DNA of 60,058 bases from an uncultured Bacilli bacterium (GTDB lineage Bacteria > Bacillota_I > Bacilli_A > RF39 > UBA660), in assembly GCA_947588895.1 (NCBI GenBank), contig CANQBF010000001.1:1-60058 (forward strand), in the 5' to 3' direction. Below, piece after piece: positions 27,005 through 37,187 of this stretch; position 1 is the first letter of the stretch, and the number at the start of each line of letters is the position of its first letter. Both the position numbers and the translations under genes were made by a program. The notes beneath the pieces are model-generated. The model searched no databases. It worked only from the letters and a program-made list of their open reading frames with translations, and was not told where the DNA came from.

Positions 27005-28609
27005 ATGAATTATAAAGTGCTATATCGAAAATATCGTCCTGATACATTTGAAAATATTATCAGCCAAGACTATATAATAACTACGTTAAAAAATTCAATA
27101 AAAAACAATGCTATTTCACATGCCTATATATTTTCAGGTCCAAGAGGAACTGGTAAAACAACAACTGCTAAAGTATTTGCTAAAGCAATTAATTGTTTAA
27201 ATCCTGAAAATGGCTCTCCATGTGGTAAATGTAAATTTTGTTTGAATTTTAAAGAAAATCCGGATATTATCGAAATAGATGCTGCTTCAAATCGCGGTGT
27301 TAATGAAATAAGATTATTAATTGATAATGTTAAATTAACTCCCACTAATGGTAAATATAGAGTGTATATAATTGATGAAGTTCATATGTTAACTAAAGAA
27401 GCTTTTAATGCTCTTTTGTTAACACTTGAAGAACCTCCATCTCATTCTGTGTTTATTTTAGCTACAACTAATGTTGAAAATGTACCTATTACAATCCTTT
27501 CTAGATGTCAAAGATTTGATTTTCAAAAGATTAAAGTAAATGATATTGTTACTGCATTATTGAAAATTTGTAATGAAGAAAAAATCTTAATAGATGAAGA
27601 TGCATTAACGGAAATTGCTTATTTAGCTGAAGGTGGAATGCGTGATGCTTTAAGTCTATTAGACCAATTATCCAAAAATGGCGAAAAGATTACTTTAGAA
27701 TTAATTGAATCAGAGATAAAAACAGTTTCATTAAAAACGATAACTGATTTACTTGATTATATTGAGAATGAAAATGTTGACAAATTCTTAGATTTGTTAA
27801 ATGAATTAAAAAATAGAGGGGTAGATTATAAATCATTAATAAAAAAAATAATCGAAGTTTCTTCAAAAAGAGCTTGTACGATTAAGAAAAATGGTAATAT
27901 TAAACGTTTAAATTTTGATGATTATCGTAATATTATTTTACAATTATCGGATACATTATCTAAAATTAATGTTAATGTTGATAGTTATACAATTTTAGAA
28001 ATGGATTTGTTACAATATTTTAATTTAAATAATACAATTGTACCTGAGAATAATCAAAATAATCAAGATAAAACTGATAATAATTTAAAATCTAAAATTA
28101 ATACATCCAATAGTAAAAAACAAGATGAAAATTTGGTTAATGAATCAATTAATAAGCAAGATATTACTGATAATTTTGTTAATATAAGAATAAATAATTG
28201 CTTTGTCGATGCCCAAAAAATGTATTTAGAAAAGGCAAAAAAAGAAATTGATAAATATAAAGATAGTATTAATTTAGATGGAAAAATAAAAGCAATTATT
28301 CAAGATAGTAATGTAGTGGTTGCTTCATCAAAATATTTGATTTTTACTTGTAATAATAGCCATAATGTTGATTTAGCTAATAAAATGTTAAATGATATAG
28401 AAAATTCACTTAAAGATGAAATTAATGTTGAATATAAAATAGTATTTTTAAAAAATGAAAGATGGCAACAAGAAAAAGAACAATATATCAAAAATTTAAA
28501 AGAAAATAAGAAATATGAGTATATAGAAGAAGAAAAAAATGATAAAATAAAAGAAGAAAAAATTTCAATTAATGATGTTTTTGATGCATCAAAAGTTGAA
28601 ATTGTATAG
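27005..28609 (+). CDS. dnaX: DNA polymerase III subunit gamma/tau
   Basis: Walker A (GPRGTGKTT), zinc module (CGKCKFC), IIDEVHML and the SRC motif (LSRCQRF). The start is at the ATG after AAAGGAA. Confidence 0.94.
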   Translation: MNYKVLYRKYRPDTFENIISQDYIITTLKNSIKNNAISHAYIFSGPRGTGKTTTAKVFAKAINCLNPENGSPCGKCKFCLNFKENPDIIEIDAASNRGVNEIRLLIDNVKLTPTNGKYRVYIIDEVHMLTKEAFNALLLTLEEPPSHSVFILATTNVENVPITILSRCQRFDFQKIKVNDIVTALLKICNEEKILIDEDALTEIAYLAEGGMRDALSLLDQLSKNGEKITLELIESEIKTVSLKTITDLLDYIENENVDKFLDLLNELKNRGVDYKSLIKKIIEVSSKRACTIKKNGNIKRLNFDDYRNIILQLSDTLSKINVNVDSYTILEMDLLQYFNLNNTIVPENNQNNQDKTDNNLKSKINTSNSKKQDENLVNESINKQDITDNFVNIRINNCFVDAQKMYLEKAKKEIDKYKDSINLDGKIKAIIQDSNVVVASSKYLIFTCNNSHNVDLANKMLNDIENSLKDEINVEYKIVFLKNERWQQEKEQYIKNLKENKKYEYIEEEKNDKIKEEKISINDVFDASKVEIV

Positions 28610-28628
28610 AAAATTGGAGGTGATTTTA

Positions 28629-28928
28629 ATGAATATGCAAAACTTATTAGCACAGGCACAAAGAATGCAAAGGGATATTACATCAAAAAAAGAAGAATTA
28701 GAAAAGATGGAATTTACTGGTAAATCTGAATGGGTAGAAATAGTTTTTACCGGAGGAAGAGTTATAAAAAGTGTAAAAATTATTAAAGAAGGCGCTATAT
28801 CAGAAGATGATAAAGAAATTCTTGAAGATATGATACAAATTGCTACAAAAGATGCATTTGTACAAATTAATAAAGCAATGACTGATAAATTAGGTCAATA
28901 TGCTGGCGCATTGGACGGATTAATGTAA
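28629..28928 (+). CDS. ybaB: Nucleoid-associated protein YbaB/EbfC
   Basis: About 99 aa, beginning MNMQNLLAQAQRMQRDI. It lies between dnaX and recR, and the start is 8 nt after GGAGGTGA. Confidence 0.92.
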   Translation: MNMQNLLAQAQRMQRDITSKKEELEKMEFTGKSEWVEIVFTGGRVIKSVKIIKEGAISEDDKEILEDMIQIATKDAFVQINKAMTDKLGQYAGALDGLM

Positions 28929-28929
28929 T

Positions 28930-29532
28930 ATGATTTATCCAGAGTTGTTACAAAAATTAATTAATTATTTTAAAAAATTTCCTACTGTTGGTGAAAAATC
29001 TGCAGAAAGAATGGCTCTTGCTACTTTAGGTTTAAAAGAAGAAGAAATTCAAGATTTTGCTAAAGTATTAGTAGATTGTAAAAAAAATCTTAAAAAATGT
29101 AGTATATGTGGCCATTTAACTGAAAATGATATTTGTGATATTTGCGCAGATGAAAAGAGAAATCATAACTTAATTTGTGTAATTGAAGATTATAAAAGTG
29201 TTTTTTCATTTGAAAAAGTTGGTAGATATAATGGTGTTTATCATGTTTTAAATGGATTAATATCACCAATGGATAGTATTGGCCCTGAAGATATAAATAT
29301 TTCATCTTTAGTCAAAAGAATAGAAAAACTAGATAATCCAGAGTTAATTTTAGCATTAAAATCATCTATTGAAGGCGAAACCACTACTTTATATATTAAA
29401 AAAATTTTAGAAAATAAAAATGTTAAAATTTCTAGATTATCATATGGTTTACCTATTGGAGCAGAAATTGATTATTTAGATATAATTACATTAGATAAAG
29501 CTTTAGAAGATAGAAAAATAATTAAAGAATAA
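28930..29532 (+). CDS. recR: Recombination protein RecR
   Basis: 200 aa with an HhH domain, a C4 zinc finger (CSICGHLTENDICDIC) and a Toprim domain. Confidence 0.95.
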   Translation: MIYPELLQKLINYFKKFPTVGEKSAERMALATLGLKEEEIQDFAKVLVDCKKNLKKCSICGHLTENDICDICADEKRNHNLICVIEDYKSVFSFEKVGRYNGVYHVLNGLISPMDSIGPEDINISSLVKRIEKLDNPELILALKSSIEGETTTLYIKKILENKNVKISRLSYGLPIGAEIDYLDIITLDKALEDRKIIKE

Positions 29533-29570
29533 ATATAACTATTAAAAATATAATTTTAATGGTGATAAAA

Positions 29571-29756
29571 ATGAAAAAACTAGGTTGGCTTTTAAAAAAA
29601 TTAGTATTTGCTTTTGGTATAATTTATGGTATTAATTTAATTTTAAATAAAGTAGGAATTTATTTACCAATAAATGTTACAACCCTAAGTATTACTACTT
29701 TTTTAGGAGCACCTGGTTTAATTTCATTATTTACTATTCTTTATATTATTAACTAG
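29571..29756 (+). CDS. bofA: Pro-sigma-K processing inhibitor BofA-like small membrane protein
   Basis: About 61 aa with 2 TM helices. The segment GIYLPINVTTLSITTFLGAPGLISLF resembles BofA GLHIPINIVTVLVSGFLGIPGI, and the gene lies downstream of recR as in Bacillus. An alternative start is at 29559. Confidence 0.7.
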   Translation: MKKLGWLLKKLVFAFGIIYGINLILNKVGIYLPINVTTLSITTFLGAPGLISLFTILYIIN

Positions 29757-29765
29757 GAGGATAAT

Positions 29766-30626
29766 ATAGAAAGTATTGAATTAGAAAAGTTAATAACATA
29801 TTATAAAGAAAAAAAATTAGCACATGCATACTTAATTTCTACTAATAATATGAATAAATGTTATCAAGTTCTTTTAAATGTTATAAAGAACATTTTTTGC
29901 ATTCAAGAATATAATGATAATTGTAATAAATGCTCTTTATGTCATTTAATTGATATAAATAGTTTACCTAGTTTAAAAGTAATTGAGCCCATAGATAGTA
30001 TAATTAAAAAAGAGCAAATAATTGAATTAAAAAATTTATTTGCTAAAGAATCACAATATACTAAAGAATCAATTTATATTATTAAAGAAGCTGAAAAAAT
30101 GAATAAAGAGTCAGCAAATACCATGTTAAAATTTTTAGAAGAACCAGAAGGTAATGTAATTGGCTTTTTTATAACTAATAATATTGAAAATATATTACCA
30201 ACAATTCAAAGTAGAACTCAGCATATTGAAGTATTATATTCAAATACTGATTATGAAGATTTAGGTTTAGATAATGAAGAATATACCAAATATTTAAAAC
30301 TTACCTTAGATTATATTGAAAAAGTAGAAATAGAAAAAAAAGATTTAATATTGTATAATAAAGAATGTTTAGATGAATTAGAAAAAACACAAATAATTAT
30401 AGTATTAAAAATAATGTTAAATATTTATAAAGATACATTAGAAAGTAGTATTTTAAATAAAAAAATTAAATATGAATTTTTAAAACATCTAAATAAAAAT
30501 AATTTAAATAAAAAAGTAAATTTAATTATTAATACTTTAAAAAAGATTAGTTATAATGTCAATGTAGATTTACTTATGGATAGTTTTGTATTAGAGATGG
30601 AGGCAATAAATAATGAAGTTATATAG
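29766..30626 (+). CDS. holB: DNA polymerase III delta-prime subunit (HolB), with a probable non-canonical ATA start
   Basis: The ORF-track start (29850) removes 28 in-frame upstream codons (IESIELEKLITYYKEKKLAHAYLISTNN) that encode the conserved HolB LAHAYL motif. AGGAGG (29755..29760) lies 5 nt before ATA (29766). An in-frame TAG lies at 29754. The SRT/SRC-like motif QSRTQHI is present. Confidence 0.75.
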   Translation: MESIELEKLITYYKEKKLAHAYLISTNNMNKCYQVLLNVIKNIFCIQEYNDNCNKCSLCHLIDINSLPSLKVIEPIDSIIKKEQIIELKNLFAKESQYTKESIYIIKEAEKMNKESANTMLKFLEEPEGNVIGFFITNNIENILPTIQSRTQHIEVLYSNTDYEDLGLDNEEYTKYLKLTLDYIEKVEIEKKDLILYNKECLDELEKTQIIIVLKIMLNIYKDTLESSILNKKIKYEFLKHLNKNNLNKKVNLIINTLKKISYNVNVDLLMDSFVLEMEAINNEVI

Positions 30627-31389
30627 TGTAGAATTTAAAGAACATGGTAAAAGATATCATTTTGTTGGTGATGATAATTATGAAATAAATAATAATGTAA
30701 TTGTTGAAACTGAAAAAGGACTACAATATGGCAAAATTTGTGAAATTGCTGAGTGTAAAGATAATACTAATAAATATAAAAAAATAATTAAGATTGCTAA
30801 TGAAGAAGATAGAGAAACTTATTTAAATTTATTAAAAGATAATAAAATAGCTTTAGAAAAATGCAAAGAATTAGTCCAAAAGATGAATTTAAATATGACT
30901 GTTATTAGTGCTGATTTTAATTTTGATAAATCACAGTTACTATTTGGCTTCTTAGCTGATGAAAGAATTGATTTTCGAGAACTGGCTAAAAAACTAGCAA
31001 GTATATATCATACAAGAATTGAACTTAGACAAATTGGAGTAAGAGATAAAGCTAAACGTATTGGTGGTGTTGGTGTTTGTGGCGAACAATTATGTTGTTC
31101 AAGATTTCTAAATCATATCGATACCATTTCTATGAATATGGCTAAAAATCAAAATTTAGCTTTGAATCCGGCAAAAATAAACGGTTTATGTGGTCGTCTT
31201 CTTTGTTGTTTACAATATGAAGATGAAAACTATTTAGAATGCAGTAAAGGTATGCCAAGTATTGGTGATACCATAAAAACTAAAAATGGCGAAGGAGAAG
31301 TAGTCAGTGTTGATATATTAAATCGTAAATGCAAAGTTTTAATTGGAAGTAATAAAGAAGAAGTAGATATAGATAAATATGAAAAATAA
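30613..31389 (+). CDS. yaaT: PSP1-domain protein YaaT/RicT (stage 0 sporulation)
   Basis: 258 aa with the Cys-rich PSP1 C-terminal region (GVCGEQLCCSRFL, GLCGRLLCCLQYE). It lies downstream of holB. Confidence 0.9.
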   Translation: MKLYSVEFKEHGKRYHFVGDDNYEINNNVIVETEKGLQYGKICEIAECKDNTNKYKKIIKIANEEDRETYLNLLKDNKIALEKCKELVQKMNLNMTVISADFNFDKSQLLFGFLADERIDFRELAKKLASIYHTRIELRQIGVRDKAKRIGGVGVCGEQLCCSRFLNHIDTISMNMAKNQNLALNPAKINGLCGRLLCCLQYEDENYLECSKGMPSIGDTIKTKNGEGEVVSVDILNRKCKVLIGSNKEEVDIDKYEK

Positions 31390-32098
31390 AGAATTAAATG
31401 ATTTATATGATTACTATAATTTAAAAATATATCAATATAGTAATGATTTTAAATTTTCCATCGATTCAATTTTATTGGCTGAATACGTTAAATTATCAAC
31501 TAAAACTAAAAATATTTTAGATTTATGTACAGGAAATGCTGTTGTACCTTTAATATTAACAACTAAAACTAAAGCTTTAATTGATGCTTTTGATATTCAA
31601 AATGATATATATAAATTAGCTAAAGAAAGTATTTTATATAATAAAAAAGAAAAACAAATAAATGTATATAATGCTGATATTAAAGAAATAAATAATTATA
31701 TTGGAAATAAAAAATATGATATAATTACTTGTAATCCCCCATATTTTAAAGTAAGCAATCAAAAATATATTAATGATAATGTTAATTTAGCAATTTCAAG
31801 ACATGAAATTAAAATAACTTTAGAAGATATATTTCAAATTGCATCAAGTCATTTAGATAATAAAGGAGAATTTTATTTAGTACATCGAGTAACTAGATTA
31901 GATGAAATTATTATTTATGGTAATAAATATAATTTGAATGTTAAAAATATTTGTTTAATAAAAACTAAAGAAAATGCTCAACCATATATCGTTTTAGTTC
32001 GATGTATAAAAGGTTCTAATATGGGAGTAAAAGTTAGTGATGTAATAAATATAGAGAATAGGAAAACATATCAAGATATGTTTAAGGAGGAATTATGA
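31379..32098 (+). CDS. SAM-dependent methyltransferase, YabB/TrmN6-like
   Basis: 239 aa with the catalytic motif CNPPYF. It ends at a TGA that overlaps the pth ATG (ATGA). Confidence 0.8.
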   Translation: MKNKELNDLYDYYNLKIYQYSNDFKFSIDSILLAEYVKLSTKTKNILDLCTGNAVVPLILTTKTKALIDAFDIQNDIYKLAKESILYNKKEKQINVYNADIKEINNYIGNKKYDIITCNPPYFKVSNQKYINDNVNLAISRHEIKITLEDIFQIASSHLDNKGEFYLVHRVTRLDEIIIYGNKYNLNVKNICLIKTKENAQPYIVLVRCIKGSNMGVKVSDVINIENRKTYQDMFKEEL

Positions 32099-32637
32099 AA
32101 CTAGTTGTGGGATTAGGAAATCCTGGTAGAGAATATAAAAATACAAGACATAATGTTGGATTTATGGTTGTAGATAATTATTTAGGAAAAGTAAGTTGGA
32201 AAAATAAAATGGAAAGTTACTTTTATATATCTGATGATAAAGAAGTAATATTTATTAAACCTCAAACATATATGAATTTATCAGGCCTTGCTGTAAGTAA
32301 AATAGTTAAATTTTATAAAATAGAAAATGATGATATTTTAGTTATCCAAGATGATTTAGATATGGAAGTAGGTAGTTTTAAATTAAAGAATAATAGTTCT
32401 GCTGGTGGTCATAATGGAATTAAGTCCATAATTTCCGAGCTTAATAGCGATGCTTTTGGTAGACTTAAAATCGGAATTGGTAAAGATAATAGAATTTCTG
32501 TAGATAGATATGTATTAAGTAAACTTCCAAAAGAAGATATTGATAAAATTAATGCTAATACTTCTGAATTTAATAAAATAATAGATATGTTTATTAAGAA
32601 TGGATTTGAATATACTAAACAAAGATATAAGGAGTAA
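32095..32637 (+). CDS. pth: Peptidyl-tRNA hydrolase
   Basis: 180 aa with GLGNPGREYKNTRHNVGF. Confidence 0.95.
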   Translation: MKLVVGLGNPGREYKNTRHNVGFMVVDNYLGKVSWKNKMESYFYISDDKEVIFIKPQTYMNLSGLAVSKIVKFYKIENDDILVIQDDLDMEVGSFKLKNNSSAGGHNGIKSIISELNSDAFGRLKIGIGKDNRISVDRYVLSKLPKEDIDKINANTSEFNKIIDMFIKNGFEYTKQRYKE

Positions 32638-32639
32638 TA

Positions 32640-35600
32640 ATGGATTTAAATAGTTATTTTAATTATTCAAAAAATAGTATTACATATGGGTTAACTGATG
32701 AGTTAATCGCTTTTTACGTTGATAACTTATTTAAAAAAGAAAATAAAAATATTATTTTAGTAACTAGTAATTTATATGAAAGTAATAAATTATATAATAC
32801 AATTAAATTACATAATGAAAATACTGATATCTTTTTAATGGATGATTTTATTACATCAAAAGTAGTTGCAGTATCTCCGGAATTTACCTTAGGTCGATTA
32901 AATGTTTTAGAAAATTTAAAACATAAAAATGAAATAATTGTTACTAATTTAATGGGATATTTAAAATATTTACCAAATAAAAATGAAATTAATAGTATTT
33001 CTTTAACTAAAGGAATGGATATTAAAAGAAATGAATTAATTGAAACATTAACCAATTATGGTTATAATCGAGAATCTATGGTAACTACGTCAGGGGAATT
33101 TTCCATAAGAGGTTTTATAATTGATATTTATATTATTAATGAAGTTCATCCAATTAGAATTGAATTATTTGGTAATACCATTGAAAGTATTAGATATTTT
33201 GATGAAAATACGCAAAGAACAACAAATGAAATAGATAAAATAGAAATATTACCATTTAATGAAATTAAAACAACCTCTAATAGTAGTCTTTATGATTATA
33301 TAAATGATGGTATAGTTATTTATTTAAATAAAAATCAAATTGATGTTGCTTATAAAAAATTATGTGAAGAAATATATGAATATAATATTGATAAAAATAT
33401 TAATGAAAAATATATGTATGATTTAAATGAAATTAATCCAAGTTATGAATTATATATTGATACTATTTCTAATAAAAGTGATATTACTGCTAGTGAAGTA
33501 CCAGCTTTTAATGAAAATTTTGAATTATTAAAAGATAATTATAATAAATGGTTAAAAGAAAAAAAAGATATTTATTTTTATTTATCTAAAAGTAGTGAAA
33601 TTAAAACTATTAAAGAATTAATACCGGGAGCTAAAATAATTCATCAAGAAATTAGTAAAGGATTTATAATAGGTAATATAGTATGTATTTCAGAACATGA
33701 TATTGGTATTCATAGTACAATTCAAAATAAATATAAGAATAATTTACATATAGGTACAAAAATTAAAAATTATAATGATTTAGAAAAAGGTGACTATATA
33801 GTTCATCCAATGCATGGTATTGGTATTTATAATGGTTTAGTAACTTTAACTAAAGAAGGAATAGCTAAAGATTATATTCAATTATTATATGAAGGTAATG
33901 ATAAAATATATATTCCAGTTGAAAAAATAAATAATATTTATAAATATAGTAGTAAAGATGGTGTTGCTCCAAAAATTAATAAACTTAATTCTCCTAGTTG
34001 GAATAAAACTAAAAATTATATTAAAAGTAAAGCTGAAGATATTTCAAAAGAGTTATTAGCATTATATGCTAAAAGAGCAGAAGTTAAAGGTATTCCTTAT
34101 AAAGATTATGAAGAAGAAGCTTTATTTGCTAGTTCTTTTGCATATACAGAAACGCGTGACCAAGCTAAAGCTATATATGAAATAAGTAAAGATTTAAATA
34201 ATGTAAGACCAATGGATAGATTATTATGTGGTGATGTTGGTTTTGGTAAAACTGAAGTTGCAATGCGTGCTATATTTAAAACTGTTATTAATAATATGCA
34301 AGTTATGTATTTATGTCCAACAACTATTTTATCTAAACAACAATATAATGTTATTAAAGAAAGATTTAAAGATGTACCAGTAGAAATAAAATTATTAAAT
34401 AGATTTACTTCACCTAAAGAAACTAAAGAGATATTAGATAAATTAAGTAAAGGTTCTATTGATATTTTAGTTGGTACTCATCGAATTTTAAGCGATGATA
34501 TTAAACCTAGCAAGCTTGGGTTACTTGTAGTAGATGAAGAACAAAGATTTGGGGTCAAACATAAAGAAAAAATAAAAGAATTTAAAAATGATGTTAATGT
34601 TTTAACTTTATCAGCAACACCTATTCCTAGAACTTTAAAAATGGCTTTATCTGGTTTAAGAGATTTATCAATTATTGATACTCCACCAGTTAATAGATAT
34701 CCAGTTCAAACTTATGTTATTGAAGAAGATGATTTACTTGTTAAAGATGCTATCTATAAAGAACTGGGAAGAAAAGGACAAGTATTTATTCTTTATAATA
34801 GAGTTGATAAATTAGAAAATTTAGTTGATAAAATTAAATCTTTAGTTAAAGAAGCAAGAATATGCTATGCTCATGGCCAAATGGCAAAAGAAGAACTTGA
34901 AAATATTATGGATTCATTTGTTAATTATGAATATGATATCTTAATTTGTACAACAATTATTGAAAATGGTATTGATATAGCTAATGCTAATACTTTAATT
35001 GTTTATGATGCTGATAATTTTGGCTTATCGCAACTATATCAAATAAGAGGTAGAGTTGGAAGAAGTGATAAAGTAGCTTATGCATATCTTCTTTATGATA
35101 AAAAGAAAATGCTTAATGATGTAGCAATTAAAAGATTACAAGCAATTAAAGAATTTACAGCCTTAGGTAGTGGTTATAAAATTGCAATGCGAGATTTATC
35201 TATTCGTGGGGCTGGTAATATTTTTGGTAGTAATCAAGCTGGTTTTGTTGATGCTGTAGGACTTTCTTATTATATGAAATTAATTGAAGATGAAATGGCT
35301 AAAGCTAAAGGGGAAGAAGTAAAAGAAGAAGATTTATCTAATAAAAACTTAATTGAAGTTTCTACTCATATTAAAGATAATTATGTCGAAGATGAAGATA
35401 TTAAAATAGAAATTCATCAAAAAATTAATGAAATTGATTCTTTAGAAAAATTGAATTTAGTTAAAGAAGAATTAGAAGACCGTTTTGGTAAAATAGATGA
35501 AGATATGGAAATATATATGTATGAAGAATGGTTTACTAATATGTGTGAAGAATTAAATATTAAAGAAGTTGAAAAAAATAATCGTACTATTGATATTGCT

Positions 35601-35795
35601 CTTCCTGAAGAATTATCTTGTACAATTGCCGGCGATAAATTATTATTAGAAACAATGAGTATAACAAATAGATTTAATATTAAATATCATAATAAACAAA
35701 TTATAATTAGTTTACTATACAATAATTTAGACAAACATTATGTTTATTATTTAGTAAAATTGTTATTAGCAATTAAAGAATGTGTCAAGAATTAA
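32640..35795 (+). CDS. mfd: Transcription-repair coupling factor Mfd
   Basis: 1051 aa with a CarD/RID-like domain (GDYIVHPMHGIG), SF2 helicase motifs (GDVGFGKTEVA, DEEQRFG, SATPIPRT) and a TRG region. Confidence 0.95.
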   Translation: MDLNSYFNYSKNSITYGLTDELIAFYVDNLFKKENKNIILVTSNLYESNKLYNTIKLHNENTDIFLMDDFITSKVVAVSPEFTLGRLNVLENLKHKNEIIVTNLMGYLKYLPNKNEINSISLTKGMDIKRNELIETLTNYGYNRESMVTTSGEFSIRGFIIDIYIINEVHPIRIELFGNTIESIRYFDENTQRTTNEIDKIEILPFNEIKTTSNSSLYDYINDGIVIYLNKNQIDVAYKKLCEEIYEYNIDKNINEKYMYDLNEINPSYELYIDTISNKSDITASEVPAFNENFELLKDNYNKWLKEKKDIYFYLSKSSEIKTIKELIPGAKIIHQEISKGFIIGNIVCISEHDIGIHSTIQNKYKNNLHIGTKIKNYNDLEKGDYIVHPMHGIGIYNGLVTLTKEGIAKDYIQLLYEGNDKIYIPVEKINNIYKYSSKDGVAPKINKLNSPSWNKTKNYIKSKAEDISKELLALYAKRAEVKGIPYKDYEEEALFASSFAYTETRDQAKAIYEISKDLNNVRPMDRLLCGDVGFGKTEVAMRAIFKTVINNMQVMYLCPTTILSKQQYNVIKERFKDVPVEIKLLNRFTSPKETKEILDKLSKGSIDILVGTHRILSDDIKPSKLGLLVVDEEQRFGVKHKEKIKEFKNDVNVLTLSATPIPRTLKMALSGLRDLSIIDTPPVNRYPVQTYVIEEDDLLVKDAIYKELGRKGQVFILYNRVDKLENLVDKIKSLVKEARICYAHGQMAKEELENIMDSFVNYEYDILICTTIIENGIDIANANTLIVYDADNFGLSQLYQIRGRVGRSDKVAYAYLLYDKKKMLNDVAIKRLQAIKEFTALGSGYKIAMRDLSIRGAGNIFGSNQAGFVDAVGLSYYMKLIEDEMAKAKGEEVKEEDLSNKNLIEVSTHIKDNYVEDEDIKIEIHQKINEIDSLEKLNLVKEELEDRFGKIDEDMEIYMYEEWFTNMCEELNIKEVEKNNRTIDIALPEELSCTIAGDKLLLETMSITNRFNIKYHNKQIIISLLYNNLDKHYVYYLVKLLLAIKECVKN

Positions 35796-35851
35796 GAATA
35801 ATTAATTTTAAATAAAATAGTGAAATGTTATACTAAAGTTAGAGGTGTAGT

Positions 35852-36247
35852 ATGAAAAGTTTATTTGTGATATCAAAATTTATAATTTCAGTTATTCAAT
35901 TTATAAATTCTGTGTTAATGATTATGGCAATGGGTTCACTTTCAGTATTAGCATTGTCTTTTGGTTCAAAAAATGCAGTAAATATGACTACCACTGCTTA
36001 TATTTATATAATTTTTTGTATTTTATTTTCAATATTATTTATATTGAATATTGTATTGTTAGTGAAGTATTTTAAAGGAAAAAATATTTTAAAATTAAAT
36101 AATATTACTAGCATTATAAGTATAATAATTAGTTTGATATTAATACTTATAGAAAAAGAAGCTAATAATATAATAGATATTGCATTTGTTTCAATAATAA
36201 TTAATACAATTTTGTTATTTATATTCAATAATAAGAAAGAAGTTTAA
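35852..36247 (+). CDS. Hypothetical 4-TM membrane protein (tandem paralog 1)
   Basis: 131 aa. It shares LLVKYFK..LKLNNITSIISII..IIINTI.LFIFN with the next gene, and the two have identical 5-prime leaders (TAAAGTTAGAGGTGTAGTATGAAAA). Confidence 0.7.
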   Translation: MKSLFVISKFIISVIQFINSVLMIMAMGSLSVLALSFGSKNAVNMTTTAYIYIIFCILFSILFILNIVLLVKYFKGKNILKLNNITSIISIIISLILILIEKEANNIIDIAFVSIIINTILLFIFNNKKEV

Positions 36248-36270
36248 AATATTAAAGTTAGAGGTGTAGT

Positions 36271-36639
36271 ATGAAAAATATAGTTATGATTTCAAAAATG
36301 TTAATAACATTGATTCAATTTGTCTGTACTTTAGCAATGTTTATATTTGTAGGATTTTTTGAGTTATTTTTAAGCAAATTTACATATTCTTCTAAATTAA
36401 TAATCTTTATTATATCATTTTTAATATTACTTATATTGGATATTGTATTGTTAGTTAAATATTTTAAGAAAAAAGAATTTTTAAAATTGAATAATATTAC
36501 TAGTATTATAAGTATAATAGTTAGTTTACTATTTATGTTTATATTAGGTTTTGAAAATGATTTAACTCTTTTTGCTGTTATTGCAATAATAATTAATACA
36601 ATTTCGTTATTTATATTTAATATTAAGAATAAATCTTAA
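36271..36639 (+). CDS. Hypothetical 4-TM membrane protein (tandem paralog 2)
   Basis: 122 aa; see 35852..36247. Confidence 0.7.
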   Translation: MKNIVMISKMLITLIQFVCTLAMFIFVGFFELFLSKFTYSSKLIIFIISFLILLILDIVLLVKYFKKKEFLKLNNITSIISIIVSLLFMFILGFENDLTLFAVIAIIINTISLFIFNIKNKS

Positions 36640-36675
36640 AATATTACTCACACTATAAAAAGGAGTGTGTAGTAT

Positions 36676-37182
36676 ATGATAAAAAGTGGAATTACTAGAA
36701 GAATTGACGAATTAGGAAGAATTGTAGTTCCCAAAGAAATAAGATATAACCTAGGTATAAGAGATGGAGAACCATTAGAAATATATACTAGTGATAATTC
36801 AATTATAATTAAGAAATTTTCCCAAGTTGAAAATATAAAAAATATTAGTTCAGTCTTATGTGAAATATTTAGTCAAATATGTGGAGTAGATGTCATAATA
36901 ACAGATAGAGAAAAAGTTATAGCTACTGATTCAAATAATTTAAATTTAATAGATTTTAAACTTAGTGATAAATTGAAAAATTTAATTGATAATAGAGAAA
37001 ATTTTATAAGTGATAAAGAAGATAATTTGTTTGATAAAATGGGTTACTTTGTTATGTTACCTATTATAACATCAATAGATTCAAGTGGTTTAGTAATTGT
37101 GTATAATAAAAATAGTAGTAATGAAAATTTAAAATATGCAAAATTAATTCAAAAATTATTAATTCAAAAACTAGATATATAA
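36676..37182 (+). CDS. spoVT: Stage V sporulation protein T (AbrB-type N-terminal domain + GAF-like domain)
   Basis: 168 aa with the SpoVT/AbrB swapped-hairpin motif GITRRIDELGRIVVPKEIR. The length and its position after mfd match SpoVT rather than AbrB. Confidence 0.88.
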   Translation: MIKSGITRRIDELGRIVVPKEIRYNLGIRDGEPLEIYTSDNSIIIKKFSQVENIKNISSVLCEIFSQICGVDVIITDREKVIATDSNNLNLIDFKLSDKLKNLIDNRENFISDKEDNLFDKMGYFVMLPIITSIDSSGLVIVYNKNSSNENLKYAKLIQKLLIQKLDI

Positions 37183-37187
37183 GTTAT

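Noticed and set aside
9962-29756. N-terminal extensions in the ORF track for mnmG (11845), the comK-like gene (19771), gyrB (21456), tadA (26510), dnaX (26987), ybaB (28572), bofA (29559), and also the ATPase (37287) and spoVG (48554)
   Set aside because: In each case a downstream ATG has a properly spaced Shine-Dalgarno sequence and begins the conserved part of the protein. The extensions overlap upstream genes or RNAs, or add non-conserved residues.
32095-32098. Mollicute-type genetic code 4 (TGA = Trp), suspected because of the very low GC content and the minimal SRP RNA
   Set aside because: TGA clearly terminates genes, for example the methyltransferase at 32096..32098 (ATGA overlap with pth) and both transposase fragments. 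All conserved proteins are full length without reading through TGA.
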